A DNA stretch of 63,966 nt, counting the filler, from Octopus bimaculoides (taxonomy: Eukaryota): assembly GCF_001194135.2 (NCBI RefSeq). It is 6 parts of 6 records of this genome, joined end to end, with 100 filler letters (N's around TTAATTAATTAA, not from the genome) between each part and the next. Parts side by side here need not be neighbours in the genome. Positions count along the whole stretch, not along the records: positions 34,507 to 55,996 come from NC_068984.1; 5 more parts are not named here. One strand, 5' to 3'. Each line of letters opens with the position of its first letter. Position 1 is the stretch's first letter. This document shows positions 39,590 through 51,556 of the stretch, in pieces. A program made the position numbers and the translations under genes. The notes beneath the pieces are model-generated. The model was not told the DNA's origin, ran no database searches, and worked only from the letters and a program-made list of their open reading frames with translations.

Positions 39590-40790
39590 TACTCTCGCTG
39601 CTAATATAACTTGATTTAATCATCATTAGTATGTTATTCTTTCGCATGGTAGTATCCTAGACAGACTAATAAAAGTAGTACCCCATAATCTTAGTGAACA
39701 TCAGGCAAATTTAGATCTTATACAACAGCAATAGATCATATACAGAACAATTATTTATCTTATATTATTGAGGAGTATTGCAAATTCCTGACACCTCAAG
39801 ACACCAATCTCATTGATTTCAAGAAGCTTTTGACATGATTCACCTGAGGCCATTGCGGGAGATTGTACAAGTTTATGGCATAATAGAAAAGTTTATCAAT
39901 AGCTTAAAATCCTTTTATCAGTTGTTGCATAAGAATACAAGATGGGAATACAGAGTTGTTTGACGTTGTGACAGGTGTTCGTTAGAACTATATTCTCTCC
40001 CTTTTTCCTTTTTCCGTTAAGTTGATTCCATTATGAAGAATACGATGGGAAATCCAGAATACAAAATAAATTGATAGAACAGAGGTTATAAGACTTGAAT
40101 TTTATTAATAATATATTTTACATTGCTTAGCCATTATAAAGAGACCTTACAGGAAATAACAGCTACCTTAAATGCAAATGCGGATGAAGTTGGTCTTCGT
40201 ATCAGCATTGAGATTATTAAGAATATATTGAGATTATTAAGAATATAAGCACTTATCGAAGATTAGAAATATGAATCTGGAAGGCTTATCAAAATTTCTG
40301 TATCTTGGAAGCAATATTTCTAAGCTGAAGTTGAAGTCGGGATGAAACTTAATAAGGATATAAGTTTTCTAGCGACTGTGCCATATATAATCAAAAACTT
40401 TTTATCGACGTTGAGGTGAAATTACGCCACCACTATATGCTCATTACAGTACTATGTCAGTGAACTGAGGAAAACTTCAGCTCGCTTCCTCAACAATTTC
40501 GATGTCTTTAAGGCGCTGCAATCGATGAATACTGAGAATTTTCCTGGTGAAGCCATTGTACAAATGAAGAAGTTATGGAAATAGCTGGGGTTGTAAATTT
40601 ACAAAATATTATGAAAATAAACTGAGAATGATTTGCATGACATGTCCTAGGTTTGACTGAGAAAAGGATATCGCACAGAGCAATTGAGGAGATATCAGAA
40701 GCTAGGAAGAAAAAGGAGACTGCGACATGCCTGGAGAAGGAATCTACTAAAGGATCTACAGCAATGAGATGAAAGGTAAAGATAAGAATA
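39590..40790 (+). mobile_element. Old RTE-clade LINE fragment, heavily decayed
   Basis: Remnants of SEHQA, IDFKK-AFD, IVQVYGI..KFI and FLYLGS. A homologous piece lies at about 44575-44790. Confidence 0.7.
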
Positions 40791-40984
40791 ACAATGTGAC
40801 TAGTACAGATGGAAGGAACTCATTATCCGATAATCCGGGAAGGATTAGTGGAATTGAGATTGATTGAGCTATTCAGTATCCTCATAGACATATCTTCGAG
40901 TGGAAGTTTACATATTGCCCAATTAGAGAGAATTGAAGTAAATTATTTTTTGCGGTGGTACTCCAAGTAGATAATGCTATAAAT

Positions 40985-41478
40985 AATCCTTTCTATTAGA
41001 GGCACAAAGCCTCAAAATTTGAGGTAAGAGGTAGTCAATTACACCGACCCTTGTACTTGACTGGAATTTGAACTCAAATGTAAAGACGGACCAAATGCCG
41101 CTAAGCTTTACCCGGCGTACTAACGATTTTGCCAGCTCACCGCTTTAATAATAAATAATCCTTTCTACTAAAGGAAGAGATATACTTGTAGGAAGGGGTA
41201 TAGTCGATCACATCGACCCCAGTACTTGACTGGTACTTAATTCATCGACTCCGAAAGGATGAAAGACAAAGTCGACCTCGGCGGAATTTGAGCTCAGAAC
41301 ATAAAGACGGACGAAATGCCGCTAAGTATTTTGTCCGGTGTACTAACAATTCTTATTTCTTTATTGCCCACAAGGGGCTAAACATAGAGGGGACAAACAA
41401 GGACAGAACGTAAAAACAGACGAAATACCGCTAAGTATTTCGTCCAGCGTGCTAACGTTTCTGCCAGCTCGCCGCCTT
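40985..41478 (-). mobile_element. Three SINE-A copies in tandem
   Basis: Three consecutive units; the last has an internal deletion at a tctg microhomology. Confidence 0.85.
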
Positions 41479-41549
41479 CATCGCTTTAATAATAATGATT
41501 TCAAATTTTGTCACAAGGGCTTTCGCTGGTAACAACAAAGCTTCTAAAA

Positions 41550-42010
41550 CAGGGGATGAAAATTCAAAGTGATCCTTTGATGTAATGGTTAGTACATCTG
41601 TCATACTCACCTAAGATTTGGGTTCGAGTCCCACGAGCAGCCTTCAGCTATTTTTCATTCGAGATGTTTTTATTCTAATATTCTCCATGCTATTATACAA
41701 AATTTTATGTACTTTCACCGTGAAAAAACGGTTTACTTAAATTCCCTCGAAGTTTCTAAACTATTATAATGTAAATATCTTACAATTGTTCCTGGTCAGA
41801 ACACAGTTTCTGAAATAACTGGAGAAAATTCGAGATGTTTCTTTGGTATTAAGGTTAGCATGTCTGGCATATTCACAGCAGATGTGGGTTCGAATCGTAT
41901 TGCAGCTTTCGTCTTTTTTTCCTCCTTCAACCGTTTCTTTTTAAACTTAATATTCTACACGCTATTATTATTTACAGCTTTATCTACTTCGAGTTCCACC
42001 GCAAAAAAAA
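41550..42010 (+). repeat. ~266 bp tandem duplication with tRNA-like heads
   Basis: tgatgtaatggttag...gggttcgagtccc at 41578-41632 and tggtattaaggttag...gggttcgaatcg at 41844-41897, each followed by T-runs and a shared aatattct..gctatta. Confidence 0.6.
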
Positions 42011-42273
42011 TAATAATAATTTAGCTCTACAGCTCAATTCTTGTCAGCTTAAGATTACATTTCAAATATAAGCTTCTCAAAATAATATCTCTGACAAAAT
42101 ATCGGATATCAGAGATTATATGTCTTCTTAACTCTTGTTATTTATAGAATATTTTCTTAGTATAAAACATGTCTTATCTATACGTGATATCGCAATCACC
42201 AATTAACTCGAACAAGATCATATAACTGGAGGCGGAAAACCAAAATATTGAAAACATTTTAATCGCGACATAA

Positions 42274-42304
<31 letters not shown>

Positions 42305-42638
42305 TATAAGACTCTTATAATCTTATGCCATTAGCTTTTGGTTCTAAAACGAAGAACAAAAGAACATTTCAGGAAAACTTGCTTCCTACGTGTATTTCTT
42401 AAATGAAAATGATATTCGTTTCACCATTTTCTTTAACCATTTAACTTCGCTAGAACACCTCAGGCAACTGTCTACTAAAGTTATTTCTCTGGGTCCATTC
42501 TTCTATTTGTATTAAACGTTCGACCTAAAGATGCAGCACAATATACCCGTGTGAGTGTATAAATAATTGATCTAAATATTCTGAGTTTAATCTGTTTTAA
42601 TTTGGTATATAAACACACACACACACGTGTGCGTACAT

Positions 42639-42696
<58 letters not shown>

Positions 42697-43456
42697 TGAA
42701 CAGGGAAGCCATATTTGGTTATCACGTATTAAGCACAGTAGTACTATCCCAATTAAAGCTGGTTGCGGATTAATACGAACAACAGCCTCCGCCCAGCAGC
42801 ATTTCGCGCCTTTTTTCAATAGTTAGTTAGCTGGCAGTTAGCAGGAAGACGCGAGACAGTCAACACACTTTTTCATAGTGTACAGCTTCAGGTATTTTTA
42901 TCAATTTCCAACTGTTGGTTTACATTAAGCTAGCCCCGACTACCCATATCATTTACCATGGATGGAACCTGCCTTGTTTCAGTTAGTTGGCGAACAATTG
43001 ACACAACTATAATATCTCTACTTTGAAACATGAAGGGATTCTTATGTGTCGATCACCCACTTCATATAACTCACCTGGAGTTATAGCGTCTCGACTTATC
43101 ACCTCCTGAACCTTCGATATCATTTTCATTCCACGGCTAGTTCATACTAACTTCGCCTGCCAGTTTATATCAGCTTATGACTTAAACATTCATTTAAACC
43201 TAAGTTATGGCTTCCCTGGTTCACAGATACACATTCAGACCACATATCATACTTTTTATCAGCACTTGTTACTTATACAATAAATAACAATGTTTTGTTA
43301 TACATTTGCCTTCCGATATTCCTTTCATCTTTGTCGACATTCATCCAAGTCAACTTACATTCGCTGACTTTACCAACACGCTCAAATTAATGACGCTCTC
43401 CATATTGGTTCTTTTACATCAGTAACATTTTCCTCACGTTAACCTGAACACCTAAC

Positions 43457-43514
<58 letters not shown>

Positions 43515-43539
43515 CCGGCATTCGCCATGATAGATCGCT

Positions 43540-43694
43540 GACCACTACATTTATATTTTTTTCTCCTTGTTTTTCTCCTTATTTCTTTCTGTGTTCCTTT
43601 CAGTTGAAGAGCGTAGCTCGAAACGTTAAAGACTTTCTCTATTCCCGAGCGTTAAACTAATACATCCATTTGTTGTTTACACCACCTGTCCTCG
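43540..43694 (+). mobile_element. Penelope-type terminal repeat fragment with a decayed minimal hammerhead
   Basis: cttt-cagttga-a-gagc(gta)gctc-gaaacgtt-aaag at 43597-43631. Confidence 0.55.
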
Positions 43695-45059
43695 NNNNNN
43701 NNNNNNNNNNNNNNNNNNNNNNNNNNNNNNNNNNNNNNNNNNNNNNNNNNNNNNNNNNNNNNNNNNNNNNNNNNNNNNNNNNNNNNNNNNNNNNNNNNNN
43801 NNNNNNNNNNNNNNNNNNNNNNNNNNNNNNNNNNNNNNNNNNNNNNNNNNNNNNNNTATATATATATATATATATATGAAAGACCAAAGTGTACGTACGC
43901 CGCAATATGTATATAAAAAGGAATACAAAAAATGGGACAAAAAGGCAAACATCCAGACAGCTAGATGATACAAAGAAAGGGACAAGAAAAAACACGGACG
44001 GGTCATTCGAAGTTTTCTTTCCTCAGTCGAGTTCCAGATTAACTTTGCAATTTCGGTTGGTTATGTCTTGTTATTTGCATTTGTTCTAATTTGGGAAATT
44101 CCATGAATATTTCTTTCAAAAATCTACATGTGATACGGTCAATTAGCAGATATTTCCAAATATTTCTAGGTAATTAAGGTTTGATGTGGTATACAAGAAT
44201 ATTCTTGACACAATACCTTTCCGAAGTACAATCTTTTGAAGAGTTTCTAAACGCAACCGTGTAGTTTCGGCTTCAATCTCACTGCACGGCACCTTGGGTT
44301 AATGTTGACTGTCACAGTCCTGGACTACCCAGTGTCTTGTGAGTGAATTTGGTAGATGGAAACAGTGTGGATGCCCAATGTGTGTGGGTGGGTGTATGTA
44401 TGTAATCAACTAGCCACTACCCCAAAAAACTTAAGCCTTATGCTGCTGTAAATAGAAATACATATATTTATGAATGCATATGAGAGTACAGATAACTGAA
44501 TTGACTGGTCGACGGTTCATTTGTTGTCCCTATGTAACACCGGAATTGAGGAGAACTGTAAATTCCAGGCACTGCTAGTCCTTAATCCCACTGATTTCAA
44601 GAAGGTTTCTAACAAGATTCACCAGAGGTCACTATGACAGATTGTACAAGTTTATGGTATAACAGAAAAATTTATATCTTCAGATTCCTTTATTAGTTGC
44701 TGCATAAGAAGTATGTGCATCTCCCCAATACTCATGAGATCCTTGTATCAGTAGCTGCATAATACAAGATGGAAATGCAGTTATTTGACACTGTGGCATA
44801 TGTGTCTTTCCATTGTTTGTTTCTCTCGTCACCGCAGTCAACTCTGCACACATGCATTAGCTATAGGAATAGCAACTGCAGCTATAACCGGAACTTTAAA
44901 ATTTCATCTCATGGACTGAGTTCATTTTTCGTATCAATTTGTGTCAAAAAGATGAAGCAAACTAACAATATCGGCTCGACTTCTTCCATTGAACCATTCT
45001 TCCATGACGCGCGTGACAGTGACCGACACAAATAATGAAATACCTGAGCTGTAAATCTC

Positions 45060-45100
<41 letters not shown>

Positions 45101-45170
45101 TCTCTCTATTTCTCTATCTATCTATCTATCTCTATTTCTCTCTCTCTCTCGCTCTCTATTTCTCTCTCTC

Positions 45171-45203
<33 letters not shown>

Positions 45204-45465
45204 CCTTCTCACACACACACATACACACACACATTCCANNNNNNNNNNNNNNNNNNNNNNNNNNNNNNNNNNNNNNNNNNNNNNNNNNNNNNNNNNNNNN
45301 NNNNNNNNNNNNNNNNTGCCTCCGGCTGGGAATCGAAATCATATCCCCAATTGATATGATATTCATTCACCTTCTACTCTACGACGTTCAGTTACATAGA
45401 GCCATAGGCAATTAGTGTTAAATGGCAATAGAGGATAAATCATAATTTAATTTAACACAGATATC

Positions 45466-45506
<41 letters not shown>

Positions 45507-46791
45507 CAATCATCAATGTACATTTGATATTTTCATGCATTTGTTGTTAAGGATATTTGCAGTTAAAGAAACTAATGTCTATCGAAGAGATGCATATAGC
45601 TTTAAGCTAAATTTTTGAAATTTCTATTACATGTTTCGAGTAGAAATCAATTGGTTTGATTCTTGTAGGTTTCTAGGTTCATGGACCTGGAAAATGCTAT
45701 TCAAAATGTAGGTATTCTTCAGAGACTTCTTGCTTCGGGCAATGTCTTAAGCATTTTCTCGCTTGATGGGCAATGGGTCAGTGAGAGAGAGGGGGGTAGG
45801 TGGGGGAGAAAGAAAGAAAGAAAGAAAGAAAGGAATTGTGAATCACTTGGCAGAACGTTTCAAGCCTATCACATAAGTTCAGTGAGAAAGGGTTGTCAGT
45901 TGTTCTGACTGATCAAATTGAAGCGAAAGAAAAAAGAGAAACAAAGACATTTGTTTGAATTTTAGCTATTGTGATAACACATCGAGTTTTTCTACGTGAT
46001 ACCACTATTGTTCAAGTGTAAACTTAACAAAATAAAGCGTAGTGAGTAACGAAATAAAAATCGAAGGAGGAAATGATGGCCGGAAAAAATCAAGAGAAGG
46101 AGCAGAAAAGACCATAATTAGAAGCATCAAACTTTGGCCCGCACACAACTGTTGCACATGGTTAGAACTGGTTTGGAGCATGTTATAACGGCACCGCAAC
46201 GACCCCACCATCAGAAATTGAGGACTCGAGCAATGAGCATTCATGTTATTGACCCTGGTGTAATGAGAACCAAAATCAACGCCTGCCAGTTTTTGAACTC
46301 AGTTGCAGACGAACATAAGTAAATGCAATTCATTTAGTGTGACAGAAACAATCGTTTTTGCTTCGCATTCAATTTCATTAGTTTTCTGTTTTGTTTTGTT
46401 TTGCTTTGTTTTGTTTTGTCTTTTCTTATTTTCAATTTTTCCTACAATGATAGCATCAAAACAGCAAACTGAACTGTCTTATTTATTTCAAAGAAAAGCC
46501 AGTGAATGGATGAAACTTTATAGAATTGCAGCAAAAAAATTACATCGAAGGAATCTGGAGTTGAAATTCAATTTAAAGATTCCTGATCGAGATAAGAATT
46601 GTTTCTAAACATGATGAATACACTGGTGTGGTAATAATAGACAATACCATAGATTTATAGCAGAGAATATGTGAGGCCTTTTTTAGAAATAATAAAGAAA
46701 ATAGTTAAGCTGTTAATTATGTTCTTAGGTATTGAACAAAACACCTAATCTTCCGCCTTCTCTCTCACAAGCCTCTCTCTCTCTCTCTCTC

Positions 46792-46841
<50 letters not shown>

Positions 46842-46975
46842 TACATATATATATGTGTGTGTGTGTGTGTGTGTATGTATGTACACATATATATATACAC
46901 ACACACATATGTGTGTGAGTATATATACATATACAAACATGTGTGTGTATAGATAGATAGATAGATAGATAGATA

Positions 46976-48232
46976 CAGACATGCAGGAAGTAAATAGACA
47001 CCTTTAATTATCAAAATTTCTGATCTAAGTGTCTTCAGCGGTGCAGAATTTACAATGTAATTATTCTTTTTCATTCCAGGTGCTATTATATTAAACATTT
47101 GCGAAGAGTAATCTTTCCACGCACAAAAATTTCAGCAGAACTGTCAGATTTTCTAAGAGGTGGTATTGTTGGGCAATCTGAGGATTGTCTTAGCCAGCGA
47201 AAAATTGCCGAAAATCTTCAAATTCTTCTTGTTACTCTTAATCGAATTGTAGTGCAATTCAAAAGCCAAGGAAACGAATCAACAGATTCTCATCCCGGTC
47301 GACCTGGGCCTCGGAAAGGAAGCTTCGGCGTTTGAAGAGAATTGTGGAAAATGAACCCCGTTCGAAGGCTTCTGGCATTGCAAAACAGCTAGAAATTAGT
47401 CCAAGAACGTGTGTTACATACCTGCATAAGCTTGAGTATTATGGACGAGCAGAAGAAGAAAACTTCTCCTTCAGTCAATTGATATCATGAAAAGCAAGAA
47501 ATGGGCTAAGGAGATGTCAGAAAAATCCACTTTATTTTGGGATAGTGATTTTCTCAGATGAATCCAGATTTGCATTATTTTCAGACAGTGGACGTGTTTG
47601 GGTCTGGAGGCTTCCCAATCAAGAATTTGATTGGAAACGACTCCAACCAACTGTGAAACATGGTGGTATCTCTGTAATGGTATGGGGAGCTGTCACAAGC
47701 AATGGTCGTTCTGAGCTGATCGTATGTGTTGGAACCATAAACTCTGAAAAATACATCGAAATACTTCAGCAAGGACTACTTCCAATCTATTCACACGATA
47801 ATATAACGAAAAATGAGTTTTTATTCATGGAAGATGGGGCTGCATGCCACACAGCGAAAAGGAATCAACAATGGCTGACTGAAAATGGGATCAAAAAGCT
47901 TCCTTGGCCGAGCCAATCTCCTGACATGAACCCAATTGAAATTCTTTGGAGCATACTAGACAGAGCTATACGAAAAACTCCACAGTGACCTAAATCTAAA
48001 GATGAATTGTTTCCATTGTTGCGTGAAAAGTGGGCAGAATTTCCACAAGAGACAATCACAAAGCTCATCAGTTCAATGCCAAAGAGTTTCTGATTTAAAA
48101 ACTGCAGAAGGAATGTCAACTAAATACTAAAGTATGTAGTCCTACCTATCGATTACATATCAATTGTTCGTTTTGCGTATTAAATAAAAGATTTTGGAAA
48201 TTAAATGTGTTTATTTACGTCCTGCATGTCTG
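46976..48232 (+). mobile_element. Full-length Tc1-family DNA transposon, inactivated
   Basis: TIRs of about 42 bp (cagacatgcagga(a/c)gtaaata(g/a)acac...), with TA on the left and tgta on the right. Confidence 0.93.
47114..48130 (+). pseudogene. Tc1 DD34E transposase pseudogene
   Basis: HTH region with GRP, then FSDESRF, MEDGAACH and SPDMNPIE with 34 residues between D and E. Frameshifts near 47310 and 47545, no ATG, premature stop at 47988. Confidence 0.92.
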
Positions 48233-48238
48233 TGTATG

Positions 48239-48269
<31 letters not shown>

Positions 48270-48432
48270 TCAAAACGACATCGTTTATTTTTCTTGATGA
48301 AATTATACTCATGTCACATAAATGTAAATTTAATGTACAAACTTGTAATTAGATTATTAAGTATTAACTGAAACGACTGTAAGAAGCGAAGATGACCAAT
48401 TTGTTGATAATAAACAATTATTNNNNNNNNNN

Positions 48433-48509
<77 letters not shown>

Positions 48510-48807
48510 CCGTGTTTTATCTTTTATTCTTGTTCATATTTTTGTTGCTCTTTCGTATTTTTACACGCGCTACTTTTGTCAAATTTCCTGGTGCTTTAGC
48601 AACAATGTTGTCATAATTAGTATTTGCGCATTTATATCATTAAGTTTTTATGTTCAGAATGATGTCGTAATAAAGTGACAAGAAAGAGAAAACCAAGAAA
48701 AAATCTTCCACTCAATTACTAATAATGTTGTAGTTCAACGTAGAAAGATTTTACAAAATAACCCTGTAAATTATGACTTTAGCCCCAGGAGACCCAGAAT
48801 GAGGTGG

Positions 48808-49180
48808 GAAATTTTCTTCAGGTTGAGTAGCCCATCCAGTTCAAAAGGTCTATGAATAAGGGTTGTTTAAGGATGTTGAACAAAACACCCATGTCTCCAA
48901 AGGTGAGTTATCTAAACCCCAAAGAATTTCTTTCAACACATAGCTATGATGCTCTCTCACTACTTCTGCTCGTGATTAGAGATGCCCATATCGTCAGCTA
49001 CTAAGGGACATGCTCAACTGATTATGGTCAAACAAGTGACAAGCAAATCTGTGGTATTGAGCAGAATATCTGTTGTATCTTATCTCTTATAGCAAGACAA
49101 AACAATGTACATGATAACACTTCCAATCAATTAAGATCAGAAGCCATGAGAGCCACTGCCTGATACTACATTAGGGCATT
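48808..49180 (-). mobile_element. Family E element, 5' half
   Basis: Homologous to 345-810 and 3505-4085; abuts an AAT/TTA array. Confidence 0.85.
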
Positions 49181-49203
49181 TATAATAATAATGATAATAA
49201 TTA

Positions 49204-49246
<43 letters not shown>

Positions 49247-49651
49247 CATTATTATTATTATTATTGAAGACGTTGCACAGTACCTAAGATTGTGGTGTTG
49301 TACATTGAAGATATTGTGTGCATCTGGAATTTGAACTTTCTGTCAAGCCACAAGGACCTCCGCCAGACAATACCTGACATGCAATTCCAAGTAAAACGCA
49401 CATAGGCTAACCTATTTCGACCACTACTGAAATCGTTCAAGGAGAGGCAGCTGTTCTTTCTCTCTCAGAGAAGGTTTTTTTTTTTCGTTTCAGTTTTTTC
49501 ACCACCAAACTAGCCAAGACTATATTTTTACCTCCATTAGTAAAGAGGCTATGTGCTTCCGACCAACAATGAAGTCAAACCAGGTAATGATATTGTGAAT
49601 GCACTTAATACGTACGTTTAAGATCGTTGCATGATAGTTAAAGATATTCGG

Positions 49652-49729
49652 TCTTACGCAAGATCTTACTCGCTTAAGACATTTCAAAATATTTTGAAAT
49701 GACTTAACTGAGGAAGATCTTACGTAAGA
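49652..49729. repeat. 78 bp loop-less palindrome
   Basis: Arms of 39 bp with 5 mismatches, centred on aaaat|atttt. Confidence 0.9.
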
Positions 49730-49770
49730 GGCGTGTGTGTGCGTGCGTGTATGTGTGTAGATGGATATAT

Positions 49771-49839
<69 letters not shown>

Positions 49840-49840
49840 T

Positions 49841-50072
49841 AAGGCGGTGAGCTGACAGAAACGTTAGCACGCCGGGCGAAATGCTTAGCGGTATTTCGTC
49901 TGCCGTTACGTTCTGAGTTCAAATTCCGCCGAGGTCGACTTTGCCTTTCATCCTTTCGGGGTCGATAAATTAAGTACCAGTTACGCACTGGAGTCGATGT
50001 AATCGACTTAATCCGTCTGTCTGCCCTTGTTTGTCCCCTCTATGTTTAGCCCCTTGTGGGCAATAAAGAAAT

Positions 50073-50075
<3 letters not shown>
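49841..50075 (+). mobile_element. SINE family A, near consensus, inserted in (GATA)n
   Basis: Complete head, body and tail 2. Confidence 0.93.
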
Positions 50076-50106
<31 letters not shown>

Positions 50107-50791
50107 TGCATATACGAAACGATAGTGATACCTGTTTGGAGGCTGATGAGGGGAGCGCATATTTGTTATGCTTGTTAGTGATTTTTTTTTATGTCTTGGG
50201 GTCTCGTTAGTCTGAGTTGTCCTTCATTCTCATAAAGCTGAAAGTGTTTATGGATTGGATTCATGGCTTACGGTGATTATTTTTATTGATATTGGTTGAT
50301 TTGTTTGATAGACAATCTTATTAGAATTGGATAAAGTTTAGATAATGGTGTCTAGTTTTGAAAGGTTCTGTGGCATATAGACATATATATTTACATGTAT
50401 GTGTAATAATATAGATTTAATCAAAAGATTAAATGTGGTACTTAAAATGTTTGAGGCACCAGAATTTGGTAGGGTAAAAACCAAAAACAAAATCAAGAGA
50501 TTTGGTGAATAGTGTTCTCACTACATGAATAAATGAAGTTTGTACGAAACGTACGTACTGCTATAACCTATTGAATTTTTGTTGCTTTTCTTCAAATACA
50601 TGTATGTGTATGTATATTTTGAGGTGAGTCGAAATTTTTGCAATATTTGCATACGTGCTATTTTGTGGGCGGCGTATATATCACGTGACTGAATCAGTTC
50701 AAACCGTAGAAGATACTCGCTGAAGTTGGTAGTATCATGGAAGTTGATTCGCTGACACGTTGTGCATTGCTTCACTACGTATCTATCTGTT

Positions 50792-51556
50792 TAGGGCGGT
50801 TAAAATTCCCAAAATCCATGAACGAGTTCTGACCAGCGATCTTTGTCCCTCAACATCGTTGTCATGTCCTCTGCCTCCTAGAGACCAGTATCTGTCCTTA
50901 GGGCATCAACACATGTCATCCTCGGTCTCCCTCTTCTAATGTGTCCGTGTAAGAGCTCCCACGGGAGTACTGAGTGCAGTATCAACACTGAATGGCGGTG
51001 AGTATGTCCAGCTAACCTCAGTCTCCTCTGTGTTATTTTCGAGCAAACTATTGGGAGACTCTCGTGTAGCTCTGAGTTCTTCATCCTCAGTGTATACTCT
51101 TTACTCTCTTTTACTCTTTTACTTGTTTCAGTCATTTGATTGCGGCCATGCTGGAGTACCGCCTTTAGTCGAGCAAATCGACCCCAGGACTTATTCTTTG
51201 TAAGCCTAGTACTTATTCTATCGGTCTCTTTTGCCGAACCGCTAAGTTACGGGGACGTAAACACACCACTATCGGTTGTCAAGCGATGTTGGGGGGACAA
51301 ACACAGACACACAAACATATACACACACATACATATATACGACGGGCTTCTTTCAGTTTCCGTCTACCAAATCCACTCACAAGGCTTTGGTCGGCCCGAG
51401 GCTATAGTAGAAGACACTTGCCCAAGGTGCCACGCAGTGGGACTGAACCCGGAACCATGTGGTTGGTAGGCAAGCTACTTACCGCACAGCCACTCCTGCG
51501 CCTATCTGATTAATGTTCAGAGCCATCCTCAGCATTCTCGTGTAGCACCCATCCGC
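50792..51556 (-). mobile_element. RTE-clade LINE 3' fragment nested in the mariner and split by SINE B
   Basis: DGCYTRMLRMALNI (51507-51551) continues as RMKNSELH...QRRLRLAGH...RGRPRMTCVDAL (50878-51090). Confidence 0.85.
51097..51504 (-). mobile_element. SINE family B, near consensus
   Basis: Complete tRNA-like head, CORE-like accttgggcaagt and (GTAAAAGA)n tail. Confidence 0.93.

Noticed and set aside
46172-46189. 18 bp exact match (tggagcatgttataacgg) to about 62311-62328, with GACYNGT readable at both sites
   Set aside because: The flanks do not align and there is no good acceptor at 46 kb. One such match is plausible by chance in 64 kb of AT-rich DNA.
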